Below are positions 50,698-63,870 of a stretch of DNA of 64,000 nucleotides, piece after piece (position 1 is the first letter of the stretch; each line of letters begins with the position of its first letter). This DNA is from Pocillopora damicornis (Eukaryota). The stretch spans positions 186,001-250,000 of the forward strand of contig NW_020847002.1 in the NCBI RefSeq assembly GCF_003704095.1. The letters run 5' to 3'. A program made the position numbers and the translations under genes. The notes beneath the pieces are model-generated. The model had not been told where the DNA came from and ran no database searches. It worked only from the letters and a program-made list of their open reading frames with translations.

Positions 50698-51307
50698 ACA
50701 AATTGTCTGCTGTTTTGTTTAGTTGCACAAATAGTTTAGTTTCCCAAATTAACTCCAAGAAATTTATTAAAAACTAAAAGCAGTGAATTCTCCAAGTAAT
50801 TTACAATCTCTACGTAACCAGCATATATTTTATGTGAGAAGATTTACGACAGAAGATAATAAAATGCGTAGAGTAATTAACTGAAGTATGATACTTAACA
50901 ATTTTATAACAAGCAATCAGAGCTAAAATACAGTTGGGTGTGAATAACAAGTTTCCATAAGACTCTTTTGTTTTTCATGTGCTCTACTGCACTTTCTTTA
51001 TCCACCTTAGTTTGTGACTGCCATAGTCTGGCTTCAGAATCGAAGTTGAAGACATAACTAAAGGATAAACTTATATTTTGGTCACAGTGAGACAGAGTTA
51101 ATAATGTTTCATGATATCAGAAAGCTTCAGTCCTTGTTCATGTACCTTAGTGATGATATTTTAAGCATCAAGATGTGCAACTCTAAATCAATATCCCTAC
51201 TCAGTAGTAACGTGAGAATCACATGTGTACAGTTGATACATTTGTTACTAAACAGATTAGGATAAAATCAAACTAATCAGTACTTTACGTGAAAATTAAA
51301 CAATGGT

Positions 51308-54024
51308 CTAGTATCTTCTTGTGTCTCTCCTTCTCCCAGATCTACAAAAAGAACAATACATCAGGAGTAAGTAAGCTTGAGAGACACTTTGATATATCCC
51401 TTAAAATCTAGTTATATATTCTGAATTTTGCAATGTATTTCATCAATCCTAGCGCTGATTGCTATTGACTCATATGCATATAAATTAGCCTTCCTTGGCT
51501 ACGAGTACTTCTGCAAGCACCTCAGAGAATAATAATCATACCTGACAAAACAAAAAAGGTCTATATAACCTTGTAAAAGGTTTTAGGCTCACTGATAAAC
51601 AGGGCAGACTAAATTTGGGGGTGGGGAAGGGTAACAACTTTTGTCAAAAAACATTGTTCAATGAGTTGAAACAGAATACATTTTGGAAAAACAGTCCAAA
51701 GCCTTAAAAAAGTCTTCCATTCGCAGGTTTTGATTGCATGCTAGACAAACTGTTTGCACTAATTGCAATAGATACAATGCAGGATTTAATACTTAAATGG
51801 TGACATTAGCTGGGGAATACATGAACAGTGATCTATGATGTGCTTGTTCTAAATGAGAAACCCTTCTTAAAGAGCAGGTGCAATAGAAGAAACATGACAA
51901 TGAAAAATTAGAGTATTTTTGTTTAGCTCAAAAGCACTTAGCCAATCATGTTAGCTTAACAATAGTTCATACTCTGAAATAGACACAGACAGTCATAGAA
52001 ATCTAAAGTACTCATCTACCCTGCAGATTTTCTTGGCCCTCTCACAAATGCCCAATCCACAGATATTTTTTGCTCCAGAAGGTCTGACCCATTCAAGGCT
52101 TCCATTGCCGCTTCGGCTTCTTTGAATGTCTCGTATTCCACCAGTGCATAACCCTACAGTACAGTGAACAAGCTCATCTGTTAGTGACATACTCAACTTA
52201 CCAAAGAAGTATATCCTTAGAGAATCTAACATCTCAGAGTAAAAAAGGAAATGGGGTTTCAAGCCTCGCACCCAAATTTCTTGACATAAAATATTTGAGT
52301 AGTACGTGGAGTATAATAATCTACTTTTGTTTTAACCTTTTAACCTTTAAGAATGACTAACATCTTATTTCTCCTTCCAATTTCACCCAAATCACACAAT
52401 AGGTCACAAGAATATAGGTAATGATCACCACCTAAAAAAGCTCTTGATTTTCATAGAAATTCTCCTTGTCAGTATCTGAGGAAATGCATAATGCAAATGG
52501 TAATTCAATGGCTTGGCAAGGATGGGGAGCCAAACAACCAAGGAAATCGATTTCAAAAAGGCACTGCACATAATTTGTCACCCTATCAACATGCCAACAT
52601 TTGTCCAAATTCTCCCATGAAAGTTTCCAGCTCTTTGAACAAGACATTGGGGCTTAGCAAAAGCAGTGGTAATTTAATTCAAATGAAACAGTATGGACAT
52701 TATAATATGCATATTGATATCAGAGAGTAAAGGATTAATTGCACTAACTGTTTGTACTCCATAACACTCTTTGATTTACCTTCAGAAAGCCAGTTCTTCT
52801 ATCCAAATTGGCATGAAGATTTTTTATTTCTCCATATTCAGAGAATAAGTCATGAATGTCATCTTCTTGAGCTTCTTCGTGAACATTGGTAACAAACAGA
52901 ATCCAACCTTCAACAGCTGAAATAAACAGCAAACTTGTAGAATCCTTTAATTTTCTTTTTCATAGTTTGCTTAATTAGATATATTTGTTGAAGGTTCCAA
53001 GATAAAGAAATTTTAAGTAAAAATATATGTAACACTCTTAATTATGCTGAACATGGGCCAGGACTGAACATAGCAACAAGATATATTTGTTGTTTGCTGA
53101 ATCAAAAACTTTATATGTCTCTATTCATATGTCTGCAAAGTCTCTGCAAACTAATCACAAACTTTTAAGTGCTCCAATGTGATTAATATTGCTCATTCAG
53201 GGCAAAGAGTGCAGTTGGAAATGATTGAAAACCCCATTCTGTAAGCAACTTTATAATTTGATAAGTTTATTATTTTGTTCCCATAGTTTTGAGCATTCTT
53301 ATGCATGCTTGGAGTGGTAGGTTGACAGTTGCTGAGTCAAGTTTCTTTTAGAAATTCATTTAACTAATCAGATATGGTTAAAAAAAGGAAAACATACATC
53401 GTGCTGGGCCTGTTCCACTAGCCTCATCAGTTTCCATGGATTCATACTGTTCTTGGGCACGCGAGGATGAATCACCTGGAATATTTGACCACAAGATAAG
53501 TCAGCAATGCATGGACCTTAATCCAGTAAGGCTGTGTTAGCAGGGAGTTGTACAGGACAAAATATCTCGGCTCAATGTGCCAAATAGCAGTTTCTCTCCC
53601 CCTCAAAAGGAAGTTTTCTTTCAGTTGATTGGGTCTTCGATCGATCCTTAGACATAATGACTGTACATTTTGACGCCTTAACTGAGTCCCAGTGAGCTTA
53701 TCGCGAACCAGAATCGAACCTCTCAAATACTACGAAGTGTTATTTGATTTACTTGACATTCACCACGGCTCAAACCTTAACGTTACTGATCGAAAAGTTT
53801 TTCTTTACGTACTCGCTTTGAATCCTCTTCCTTTGCGCTTTGTGACAGTAGACTTCAATCTCTGAATTCCGTCTGCAAAGCAGCACAAATCATAACAAAA
53901 TTACTTTGAAACTCGCATAACCTTAATATTATTTCTTGCTGATGTCATAAAAGCTCTTACCATCGCCTTCGTCTTCTGAAAAACCACCTTTGTCTTCCAC
54001 ATCTACATCAAGAACATCCGCCAT
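51308..54024 (-). CDS. RBM8A: RNA-binding protein 8A (Y14, exon junction complex), 6 exons, ~168 aa
   Basis: Exons 53961-54024, 53813-53872, 53398-53475, 52780-52916, 52020-52153, 51308-51341. Motifs: [61 protein letters not shown]. Confidence 0.95.
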
Positions 54025-55150
54025 TTTGCTTTCAAGCGTGGTCTCAAGTTAACAAACGCATGCTCAGCGGATGATAACGCACGCTAGTCAGTTTAGGGTA
54101 ACGCGGGCCCACCAATGAAACTGACTTCCCTGTTAGAAATGAGACGATTTCTGTCATATTTAATTCTTTTTTTTACTGTGTGACGAGATTATGAAGAGCC
54201 TTTTTCTCATTTAGAGACCATGAGACCAGTGGAACTGGAAGGGCAATGGCACGAAAGCTTAAGGAAATGGGGAGAGAAGAGATACAACATTCATGGGGGT
54301 GTGAAGTGGGAAGGAAATACCATTATCTGGGAGTCTCCCGGATACAGAGCGAATCTCCCGGTCTCCCATATGGTTCACCAAATCTCCTGTGTGAAAGGGA
54401 TGAACAAGCTTTTAAAGAGTATGCTCCACTGTAGACTAACATTGTATCCCCAGATTTACCCAAATCAAACCAATATTGGTTTTTCAAACTTGTCTTACCA
54501 TTTCTTACAGCATTTTCATGCAACCACATCTCGACAGACACTCAAACATAGCCATCTCTGTAATTTGGGAAGGGAGATCCATTTTATTGGGGTGGGGGGG
54601 GGAAAACCATTTTTTAAAGTTGGGGGGAGGGGTGGTGCTGAGTTGATGCTGTGGTAGCATAAAGGAAAAATCTCCAGATTTCATATCTCCACAGGTTGGC
54701 ATCTGTAAAATACTGAATTGTGAACCTTGATTAGACTTCAGTTGGCCTTTGTGTCTGGTGAAAAAAGATGGGACATAGGGCTTATTGGTAAAGGAAGCTG
54801 GAGAGCAGGATGAGTAAGAGAGGTTTCAAGCCATGTCTCCTGACTTAGTACAGGTCCTTTTGCAGCATTGTGATAAAAGTTATAAACAGTACTGTTGTTG
54901 CATTTTTGCACAACACTTTTCAATTAAAGTTACAACTCACAAGATATTTTGACAGAAGGTTCTATTTTTCTTCAGAATGATCTACTGTAGTACATCTTTT
55001 CTTTTGTTTAAGTAGTTATTGTATTAAATAACAAGTTCATAAAGATCATAGTTCACAAGCAGCTAGGAGAAGGAGAAGTGCAGTTTTAATGATAATGGTT
55101 AAAAAATTAGTCCATGAAATAACAATAGTGACAATGTCCCTGCTTCAGAA

Positions 55151-56710
55151 TCAAGCATCGCTGTCTTCATCATTGTCATTTGAAGCGTAGAGTGTCTGAT
55201 TTCTCCTCATAATTTTCAAAACCTTTTTTTGAGGTTCTAAACGTGAACTGTCATGAGTTACCTCCTCATGCTCACAATTTCTACCCTCAGTGTGAGGAGA
55301 GTCATCTTCACACAATGCATAGTGCTCTTCACTTTTAGTAAAAATATTCACAGGCTTTGGAAGTTCCAATAGAGACCTGTTTTGATTCAGTTTGTTCACA
55401 TCAGGAGTTGGAACAATACTGACAACAGATGAATCAATGTTGGGTTCTGCTTCAGTCACATCAACTTCATCATCATCAACGATAATTTCATCAGGATTAC
55501 CAAGAAAGGTGGAGTTATTTTCATCTCCATCACTTAGCTCTATTTCTTCGGGATTGGGGCAAGGAGTAACAGACTTTTCAGAACAGCAGGGATTGTTAAT
55601 TCCAAGTTTGGCACAAAAAGTCTCAGTTTGAGGGTTCATAACAGCCAGTATTTGAGCCATGTAAACCTTTTTTGGTTTATCTGGATTGTATGGAGTGGTA
55701 GTTATCTCAAAATTGTCTGTAATCTTTGGTGGGCTTCCAAATGTTTTAATAACTTCATCAACCATCTGACCATCAGGTATGTATTGTGATATTTGTTCTG
55801 CATTTGGTATAAATGTTGTCCTTGGTGTTGAATTGTTAAGGGAACTTGTAAGCTTTGTTATTGCAAGCCATTCAGGATCATAAGTCAGCTCTAGGGGTGC
55901 TTGCGAAGGACCAACATCAATCACCTGCAGAAACTCTCGTCTTGGAAGGCATTTATCAAGGGCAAGAAACTTGGTGAATTTGAATCCCTCTTGGGATTCA
56001 TGTGGTACTAAGGCTGGAAACTTTGTGTGCAGGTGTGCTGAAAACCAGTATGTTGGCTTCAGTGAAGTCAGTAACTCTGCTGCTGGAGGACTTCCCAATG
56101 TGTTGCTCTCAATCTCTGGTTTAAGAAAGTCCTTAAACCTGTATAATTCTTGAAGGTTTCCATGGTGATAAACTCCTTGAGGCCAGTCATGTGACAGGAA
56201 AATATCAATTGGCTGTGAAATAAGTTTCAACATGAAGACATCAAAACTTCTAATGTGATATGCACTGCGAACAGTGGAATCGTTGTATGGTGGCCTCTCA
56301 AAATGTCCTTTGTTGTAATCATGACTTTTGTAGATGCCTGACAGACCACCAATTCTCATACCACCGAAGTTGACCACCCCAGCATACCCCAGATAGTAGA
56401 TATTTGGGGCTACCCACCCTCCATAAGGTAGTTCCCACAAATGATTGGCAGCCTCATGATTCCCTCCTATGAAGATTGTAAGTACAGGGGCCTTCTTCTC
56501 TCCGGAATAGTACTTGTAAAATGTTTGCATATGCCGATACTTTGGAGGGACTGCCATGCAAGAAAGATCATCTTCATTACGAACAGCTTGAAAATCTCCA
56601 CAGCACAACAGCAGGTCAACTTTGATGTCTTCCTTCTTTTCCAGGTGTGCAATGGTTTCGTAAATCTTGTCCAATTCACCATGACAGCAACCTTCAACAG
56701 CGATCTTCAT
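55151..56710 (-). CDS. DBR1: RNA lariat debranching enzyme, single coding exon, ~519 aa
   Basis: Uninterrupted ORF from the ATG at 56710: [58 protein letters not shown], acidic NPEEI/NPDEI tail. Confidence 0.97.
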   Translation of the reverse strand: MKIAVEGCCHGELDKIYETIAHLEKKEDIKVDLLLCCGDFQAVRNEDDLSCMAVPPKYRHMQTFYKYYSGEKKAPVLTIFIGGNHEAANHLWELPYGGWVAPNIYYLGYAGVVNFGGMRIGGLSGIYKSHDYNKGHFERPPYNDSTVRSAYHIRSFDVFMLKLISQPIDIFLSHDWPQGVYHHGNLQELYRFKDFLKPEIESNTLGSPPAAELLTSLKPTYWFSAHLHTKFPALVPHESQEGFKFTKFLALDKCLPRREFLQVIDVGPSQAPLELTYDPEWLAITKLTSSLNNSTPRTTFIPNAEQISQYIPDGQMVDEVIKTFGSPPKITDNFEITTTPYNPDKPKKVYMAQILAVMNPQTETFCAKLGINNPCCSEKSVTPCPNPEEIELSDGDENNSTFLGNPDEIIVDDDEVDVTEAEPNIDSSVVSIVPTPDVNKLNQNRSLLELPKPVNIFTKSEEHYALCEDDSPHTEGRNCEHEEVTHDSSRLEPQKKVLKIMRRNQTLYASNDNDEDSDA

Positions 56711-56847
56711 TTTAAGGGATTTTTGATCAGGCAGCAATTTTTATAACGCCACGAGCTCAAATCCTTCGGCACATGAGCCCGCATTAGGTTGCACTTGAGC
56801 ATTCGCGCATGCTTCAATGTTTCCTCGATTTGTCACGAAATTTAAAG
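56711..56847. promoter_or_regulatory. Probable bidirectional promoter between DBR1 and TIMM44
   Basis: Only 137 bp separate the divergent ATGs. NRF1-like GCGCATGC at 56805-56812; YY1-like AAGATGGCG overlaps the TIMM44 ATG. Confidence 0.6.
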
Positions 56848-59800
56848 ATGGCGCAGGTTAGTGATGAAATACTTAAGTTTTATTTCCTTAGATTATCTCC
56901 TTTCCTCAACAAGCTTCATCACCCTAGCGGAAGATAAGCTAAAAATTCTGCTTTTGATTCTTGTTTTGCTACAGCAAATGTTACTCGGAAGGTACGTCTG
57001 TCAAAGTTGTCGCAACTTTGCGCGTGTTGGTCTGTTAGATACACGTGCAAATCAATATCTTGTGAGTTCTTCCATTCTTCCAAGTAGACTTCGACAAGGA
57101 GAATGCAGCTCTCAACAGGTACTGTTTTTCAGTGTAGTATTTGTGTGTTGTAGCGCATTAAGTTAGCGCCACAGTCCTTTGGAAGTGTAACGTTGCTAGC
57201 TAGTAGATTAGGCGATTATATAACTATGATCATCAGGTATTTCACGATAAATTAATTACTCGCTGCCTTGAACGACTGATTTTGAAGTTGTATGTAAATT
57301 GTATAAATCTTCATGGTTTTTTTTCAAGACATCTGGTGTGAAATGACAATTTCACACACATGATATGAGGACTAATCTCCCTAACCAGTTGACAGTCAAT
57401 GAGAATTTTTAATTTCTATCGAGACAATGCATTAAGACTGTTTGGTGAATGTGCTAAAAGATTGTTCCTTGGAGTGAAAGAGGTGATGATGGTGTTGACG
57501 CCTTTACATCACAGATCAGATGGTATGCTTACAGAAGACCAGACCAACAACCTGGGTTAATTGGAAGGTTTATAGAAAATATCAAGGAAGGCTTTGAGAG
57601 AAACAAAGAAATGCAGGTTTGTTCAAAGAATGTGTTCAGTCAAAGTTATCAAATATATGTTCATATAGTAAGAATCATTTCAAAGTTTGAGTTTGTTTTC
57701 AGTGTGTCAAATGTGTAAATTTGTATACAGTGAATATTACTTAAGATGAAAATGAAAGATTGAGTTTTTTTTCATCGTGTAGGAAAATATTAGAAAATTT
57801 CAAGCAGAAACAAAAAAATATGAGCAGACAGAGACATTGTCAGGGAGGGTCAAGCTTGTCAATAAGATTAAGGTGAGTCTTGAGGTGTACTTTTTAAACA
57901 GAGGAGTATGCCACAAACTGCGCCACTTGAAGTAACCTAAATGTAATTTACAGCTCCATTGTAAGTGAGGTAATCTGAATAAGGGTAGTCCTTAAGAGCA
58001 CTGTTCATGATGCTCTGACTGACTATCCATCTACCAGCTAAGAAGTCATTGTTTATGTGATAAAAGTAACTGTTACTCAAAGGTTCAACCTTTTTACTAT
58101 ATTAAATTATGCAATCTATAAAAAGTTGAATGTGATGACAAGAATGTGTGGCATTTGTCATTCCTAGGATAATGTGTCATCGGCATCAATGAAAACTTCA
58201 GCAGTTGTGAAGAGCTTTTCAGGAGCATTTTCAACAAAAGTCTCAAAGGTTTGTTTGTACACCAGTGTGTATTTATTGGCAGGGTTTGATTGGAGAGAAT
58301 TCGTTGGTTCAACTTGATATGTGTTTTTACCTAGAGAAATGTCTCATCATTTGATAAGTTATTTAATAATGTGTATATAAAAATGACCTAAGTGTTAAAA
58401 TTGGTTTTGTCAGGCATACGATGAAGCAACATCAAGTGAAGCATTTAAAAAGGGAATTGAGGTCACTGAAGAGGTATGTGGAGTAAAAAGGAAAAACAAC
58501 AACCACAACAACTGGAAATACTAGAAATGATTGATCATCAGTCAGAGGCTTGCTTATTAGTGAGCAACATTTTGAGTGATTGTTAGGCAGACTGACCAAC
58601 TGACAGATTCACTGACCATTTGAATAAGCAGGTACCAAACCAGACATGATTGGAGCATGAATCTTGTATATGATTGTAATATATGGTTCTTGTTTTTTAG
58701 TTTGCAAAATCTGCTAAGGAAGCTGCTTCAAAGGTCCAAGAGCAGAGTGAAATCCTTGGAAAAACAGAAGCATTTAAGGCTGTGTCCACTGTGAGTAAAC
58801 TGCATAGGTAGCAGTTTTATTGTCTTCAGAGGGATTTACTTCTCATAATATAAAGTACTGTACCACTTTCTGTAACTTGTGACTCTTTTTGGTGAGATGG
58901 CTTAAAAACCTCAGAATATTACTTCAGGGATAACCTTGTTTGGAAATTTAGATGAACTTAAAATTTATCTTTAACTTGCTGTTATTTCAGTATTTGCCTC
59001 TGTCAAATCTTTCCCACCTTTTTGCAGGGTTTTAAAACTTTCAAGCATGAGGTTCTTGATGAAGAACTTGAAAAATCAAAGCCATATAGAACACCAGGTT
59101 TGAGAAACTATGCTATCATTGTAATCAGTGCACTGGTCAAGCTGATGAAGCTTGGCAGACTGTGCTGTGTACATACACCTTTTTTCTTTCTTTTTGGGAT
59201 AATATGTATATGACTAACATTTATATGTATTTTTTCATGGATTATTAAGAGAAACTAAGACGGCGTACTGAACAGGAAGAAGGAGGTGTCATGAAGAAAG
59301 AGAGGAGAATTGAAGCAAACGAGTAGGTATCTATGTATTCATAGGCAGCTGTTGAAAACACAATTTGATCAAATATTATTTGGTTTTTTACATGAAACTT
59401 CCATTTAATTTCCATACAACAATTTACAGAGATGATCAAACTAAGGAACAAGCTGTTGTGAAAGTTGGTGTGTTTCTTTTGCAGCGGCGTCTATAAAAAA
59501 CAGATGATTATTGTTATTAATAATGGTAATTACTAATAACAATTGTCATACCTTGCAGGGATGCAACAGGAGTGGTGCTACACAAGGATTCAAAATGGTA
59601 CCAGCAGTGGAAAGAATTTAAAGACAACAATCCTGTTGTGACAGGTAACATCCTTCATACCTCCTCATGATGTAGTGTTGAGATTTTAAGCTGTCAAATA
59701 TAATGTGATTATATTATTGGTCTCTCGTCAGGGCTTTTTAATCTTAAAACAAAATATGATGAAAGTGACAATGTGGCTGTGAGAGCATCAAGAGTTGTGA

Positions 59801-61243
59801 CAGATAAGCTGCAAGACATTTTTAGTAAGTAAACAGTATTAACACACTTGTCCACAGAGGAAAAGTGCATAGTAAAGAAGGCTTGTTAGTCAGTGAATAC
59901 TTTCTCTCTCCTTCTGTTCAAATGATGTTGCACCAGAATTAGTAACAAAAAATTTTAAAGAAGTATTGATGGTTATGACTAGGATAAGGATCATGATGGT
60001 ACTGGTTGATTTTGAATAGTTTTCATGTGGATAATAACAAAGATAAATTGTATTAATAGCAACTTTAAATAGTGAAGTTTTCATGTTATTAATAAGTTCT
60101 CAATAATTTCCTAATTTTTCAGGTGATGTATTTTCCCAGTCGGATACTGCAAAAACAATGGCTGAAATAACAAGAATTGATCCACAGTTTAACAAAGACA
60201 GCTTCCTAAAAGAGTGTGAATTTGAAATCATTCCATCAGTTCTTGAGGTAATTGATCAGATGGCTTTTGTAGTGAGAAAATGTGTTACTTGCTTATAAAC
60301 ATGGTTTCATGTCATATTTTTACATACAATTATAAAAAATATTGTTTTATCTCTTTTGTTTCCAAGGCTTTCTTAAAAGGTGACCTGGAAATATTAAAAG
60401 ACTGGTGCCATGAACCGGTAAGTTATTTATCAACTCCTCGGATAAAAACTGTAGTAGATGATAATTTTATGACACTGTAAAACCAAGCCTGTGTTCTGAA
60501 TTCTGAGCAATCATACTTGCAGCAATTAAAACGCCCTTTGTATACTGTTAGATGTCTCAAAGAAGTCTAAAACCTAAGAGAATTTTGTTTTTTGTCCAGG
60601 CGTACAATGTCTTAGCTGCACAGATTGAGCAGACTAAACAACTGGGACAGAAGTTGGAAGCAAAAATCCTTGATGTCAGAGATGTTGATGTAAGTGGTGA
60701 AGTGTGTGTCAATTTTGTTACTCTAGTGACATGTTTAGTTGTTAATATGTCTGTGGCTGAGAGATTGATGAAGATGAGTATTTTACCAAGAAGTAAAGCC
60801 CTGATAATCGTAACTCTACATTACATTCTTAGGTGGCAATGGCCAAAGTCATGGAGCAAGGACCAGTCTTAGTTCTCACCTTTATGGTTCAGCAAATAAT
60901 GATCCTTAAAGATGCTGTTGGCAATATTATTGAAGGTGGTGAGGTAAGAAATCTTTCTTAAACAGTTTCATTGTCTATAGTGGCATTACAAGCACAAGCT
61001 GTGCATCGAAGTCTCTCAAGGATGGATCTAGTAAGTAAAAGTTGAAAGTGAGGAGTGGAAATATTCATAAGGTTTTATTTGGTGTAGGGTATAAATTATT
61101 GATTGTTGTTTCTCTTTTTGTAGGATAACATTGAAAATGTAAGCTATGTGTGGGCACTGTGTCGTGATCAGAGCATATTGGATCACAGATCTGCGTGGAG
61201 GGTGTTAGAGTTTGGAATTCAGAACAGCAGCTCTTATCTTTGA
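56848..61243 (+). CDS. TIMM44: Mitochondrial import inner membrane translocase subunit Tim44, 16 exons
   Basis: Exons 56848-56856, 56975-57118, 57515-57616, 57783-57872, 58168-58248, 58414-58473, 58701-58790, 59028-59097, 59250-59322, 59559-59644, 59732-59824, 60123-60247, 60367-60417, 60600-60689, 60833-60943, 61124-61243. Motifs: EANEDATGVVLHKDSKWYQQW, KYDESDN, GDLEILKDWCHE, AMAKVMEQGPVL, YVWALCRDQ, AWRVLE. Confidence 0.93.
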
Positions 61244-62381
61244 CAAGCCCAAAATTGAAGAATGGGGAACTTCCATTTTCTTTTAATTCAACTGTACAAA
61301 ATATTGAAAAACAAAAACCATTGACAACTTTGTCCTCTTATTTGCCTGTTGCTGTGTGTCTTTATTATATGATTTTATTAAAAATATTTGCTAACATATT
61401 GCATCACCATGTATCTCATGTTATTTTGCATGGACACTGTTGTGATAATGATCTTCCATCTAGTAGTGGTCTTCTATGTTGCTCAACCAATTTTTAGTGA
61501 GCAGAGGTTATTTAAGGCTCAATTTCACCTGCTCTTCAAGACTGGAGAAACAAATTTAAGTAACAGGAATCAATTATTTTAATCAGCAAGAATACAGTAC
61601 CTGTGGTAAGCTTCAGTTTGGTTGTCTATCAAATTGTTGATTTGTAAATATAATGCACAGTTGGACAGTTTTTATGAGGAATTAACTATTATACTTTGGT
61701 GCTTCCAGTTTGGCATACATTATGCCTGATGATGTTGAATGCATTCTTATGTTCACAAACATTGTAATATCTAGATTAATGATACTACTAGTAGGATTTG
61801 TGACCAATTTGGGTAGAGTTAATTTATGAAAGCAGATATGAATGCCACTGAAATAAACATTGTTTGTCTTGGTTTCCCATCATCTGAGGCACAATGTATT
61901 TGAAGTTGTGTTGTGAATTTTGTGAACCAAATATAATGATAAAATGTTTTCTTGAAGGTACCTAGACCTCCTAGTTGAGCCAATTTGATTATTTTAAGAA
62001 CGGTGTAAGAATTTGAATCAGGGTAAGGATGATGAGGTGAGGGGATGAGAATGGGAGGGGAGGGAGAAGGGAAAACATTATCAGCTCTTTAATTTGTTAA
62101 TGTTTAATCTTGAACGTGTAGCACCAGATTCGTCTGAATTTACCTTTTTTCCCCCAAAATGTGACGCAACGAGCTATCCACCGTATCGAGTGCAAAAAGT
62201 ACTATGAGCCTCATCTGGGTGAGGGAACCGTGGGAGAGCTGGATCTCAATTTGGAAGTTACAACTTAATTTACATCACACTCTTGCTTGTGCTGCTCCTG
62301 TGTTGCAAGTTGAAAAGAACAGTGAACTTGGCAAGAAACCTTTCAAACCTCTTTCCGACAAGCCTCTATTTGTGCGCGAGC

Positions 62382-62395
62382 TGACGTCACGTGAC
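62382..62395. promoter_or_regulatory. Overlapping CRE (TGACGTCA) and E-box (GTCACGTGAC)
   Basis: tgacgtcacgtgac lies ~470 bp upstream of the TMEM35-like ATG, immediately left of the foldback element. Confidence 0.4.
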
Positions 62396-62405
62396 GATTC
62401 TTCCA

Positions 62406-62720
62406 TGTTACATATATATATATATATATCACCGACTGGAAGAAATTACGCCGTTAGTTACTGGCGTAAAATCTTCCATATAAAACAACCGACTGGAAGA
62501 AATTACGCCGTTAGTTACTGGCGTAAAATCCTACATATAAAACAACCGACTACAAGAAATTACGCCATTAGTTACTGGCGTAAAATCTTCCATATAAACA
62601 CAACCGACTGCAAGAAATTACGCCGTAATTTCTTCCAGTCGGTAGTTTTATATGGAAGATTTTACGCCAGTAACTAACGGCGTAATTTCTTCCAGTCGGT
62701 GATATATATATATGTAACAT
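62406..62720. mobile_element. Foldback-like element built of 57-bp tandem units in inverted arms
   Basis: Ends atgttacatatata... and ...tatatatgtaacat. Units start accgactg at 62431, 62488, 62545 and 62603, then continue in reverse orientation from ~62624 to 62700. Confidence 0.8.
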
Positions 62721-62863
62721 TTTACGCCAGTAATATAAATTAATTATATTTTAATTTATTATAATTTAATCACCGACTGGGTTAGTGGCGTAGAATCTTA
62801 TAGTATATAGACTGTGTTAGTCGATTATTACGCCGTTATATATATTCCCCATCGTGCGAAGAC

Positions 62864-62977
62864 ATGGTCAGTCAAATTTTTAAGAAAACTGTCACGGGGC
62901 TTCTTGTGATTGCTTTCTGCCTCGCAGGCATCGCGAAAATCACAGACAAACTTTCTCCTAAAGTCCACCACCAAATG
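62864..62977 (+). CDS. First coding exon of a TMEM35/NACHO-like (DoxX-family) membrane protein; no further exon identified in the window
   Basis: MVSQIFKKTVTGLLVIAFCLAGIAKITDKLSPKVHHQM followed by a GTAAGC donor. A hydrophobic helix followed by G-x-x-K-I/L-T-x-x-L-S resembles the TMEM35 N-terminus. Confidence 0.6.
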
Positions 62978-63782
62978 GTAAGCAGGCTCGATCCTTAAGT
63001 TTCAGGTGCTGATTGTTAAAATTTAAGTTATCTTGCGTTTACAGGGAATATAGTTTAGTTAAAACTCACACCTTTTGCTTTAATGTCTTCTTGTTTTATT
63101 GCTACGTATTAATTTACCTCTTAACCTCGTCTTTACCGTCTTGTTGATGTTGAGTAGCCCTTTCTGCTTTCATTACAATTGTTATTCCACGACCCGAACA
63201 GCGATCACGCGAATCTCAGACAATCCCCTTGAGTTGTTTTGGTTTTGATAAGCACTATACCAGCTCTTCAGGAGCAGTTTTGCTATCGTGGAAGTCTGTC
63301 TTTTCCAAAACTTACACAAGAGTACAAGTTGATATTTAGCAGTGAATAACTGATTTCTGATATCGCTTTTCGTTTGTTTACATTAATTAAACTTAGCCCT
63401 TGCAAAATACAAAGCGTATTACTTCTTCAGCTTGTGTTTAATGTACACGCTTTGTTGTTCACCCCTCTTTTTCTTGATTACACATAACTGGTTCTCTTAA
63501 TCATGCAGGGTTTTCATGTCAAATGTTTAAAAAAATCAGTAATCAGGATTAGCAAACAGCAGGAGGGGGGTCTTGATCCTGTTTCACGCTTGAATTTACA
63601 GCTGACATTCACACAGTTTTTCATGCGCCACTCATTTTAAAAGGAAAACTTCTGATTGCACCTTATCTTGTAATCCTGTAAAATCACATGTCACATGTCC
63701 TTAGCTCTAACATTAAACCTTTTGTCATGTATAAACCCTTTGCAACCCAATTCAGGTAACTTTAAATGAAATAACTTCATTT

Positions 63783-63870
63783 GCTCTGATGAAGGGCTAA
63801 TGCTCAAAATGGCAGGTTTGAAACTCTCAACAGCGGCTAAGTTACGTTATCAACTCAGTTGGTCAGACCA
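63783..63870 (+). repeat. Degenerate copy of the hammerhead-bearing short repeat seen at 46110-46190
   Basis: gctCTGATGAagggctaatgctcAAAAtggcag (GAAAC-GUC mutated), followed by the same downstream tail (ttacgttatcaactcagttg). Confidence 0.55.

Noticed and set aside
54220-54707. 145-aa ORF and G-runs between RBM8A and DBR1
   Set aside because: No homology recognisable. The end (ggttggcatctg) looks like a degenerate MITE terminus, but I could not find the matching end.
56711-56737. N-terminal extension of DBR1 given by the ORF track (MLPDQKSLK)
   Set aside because: It begins at a TTG codon. The conserved start is the ATG of MKIAVEG at 56710.
62204-62677. 157-aa ORF with PTGRNYAVSYWRKI repeats; CRISPR-like appearance
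   Set aside because: It is a translation of the 57-bp tandem units. There are no unique spacers or cas genes, and the context is eukaryotic.
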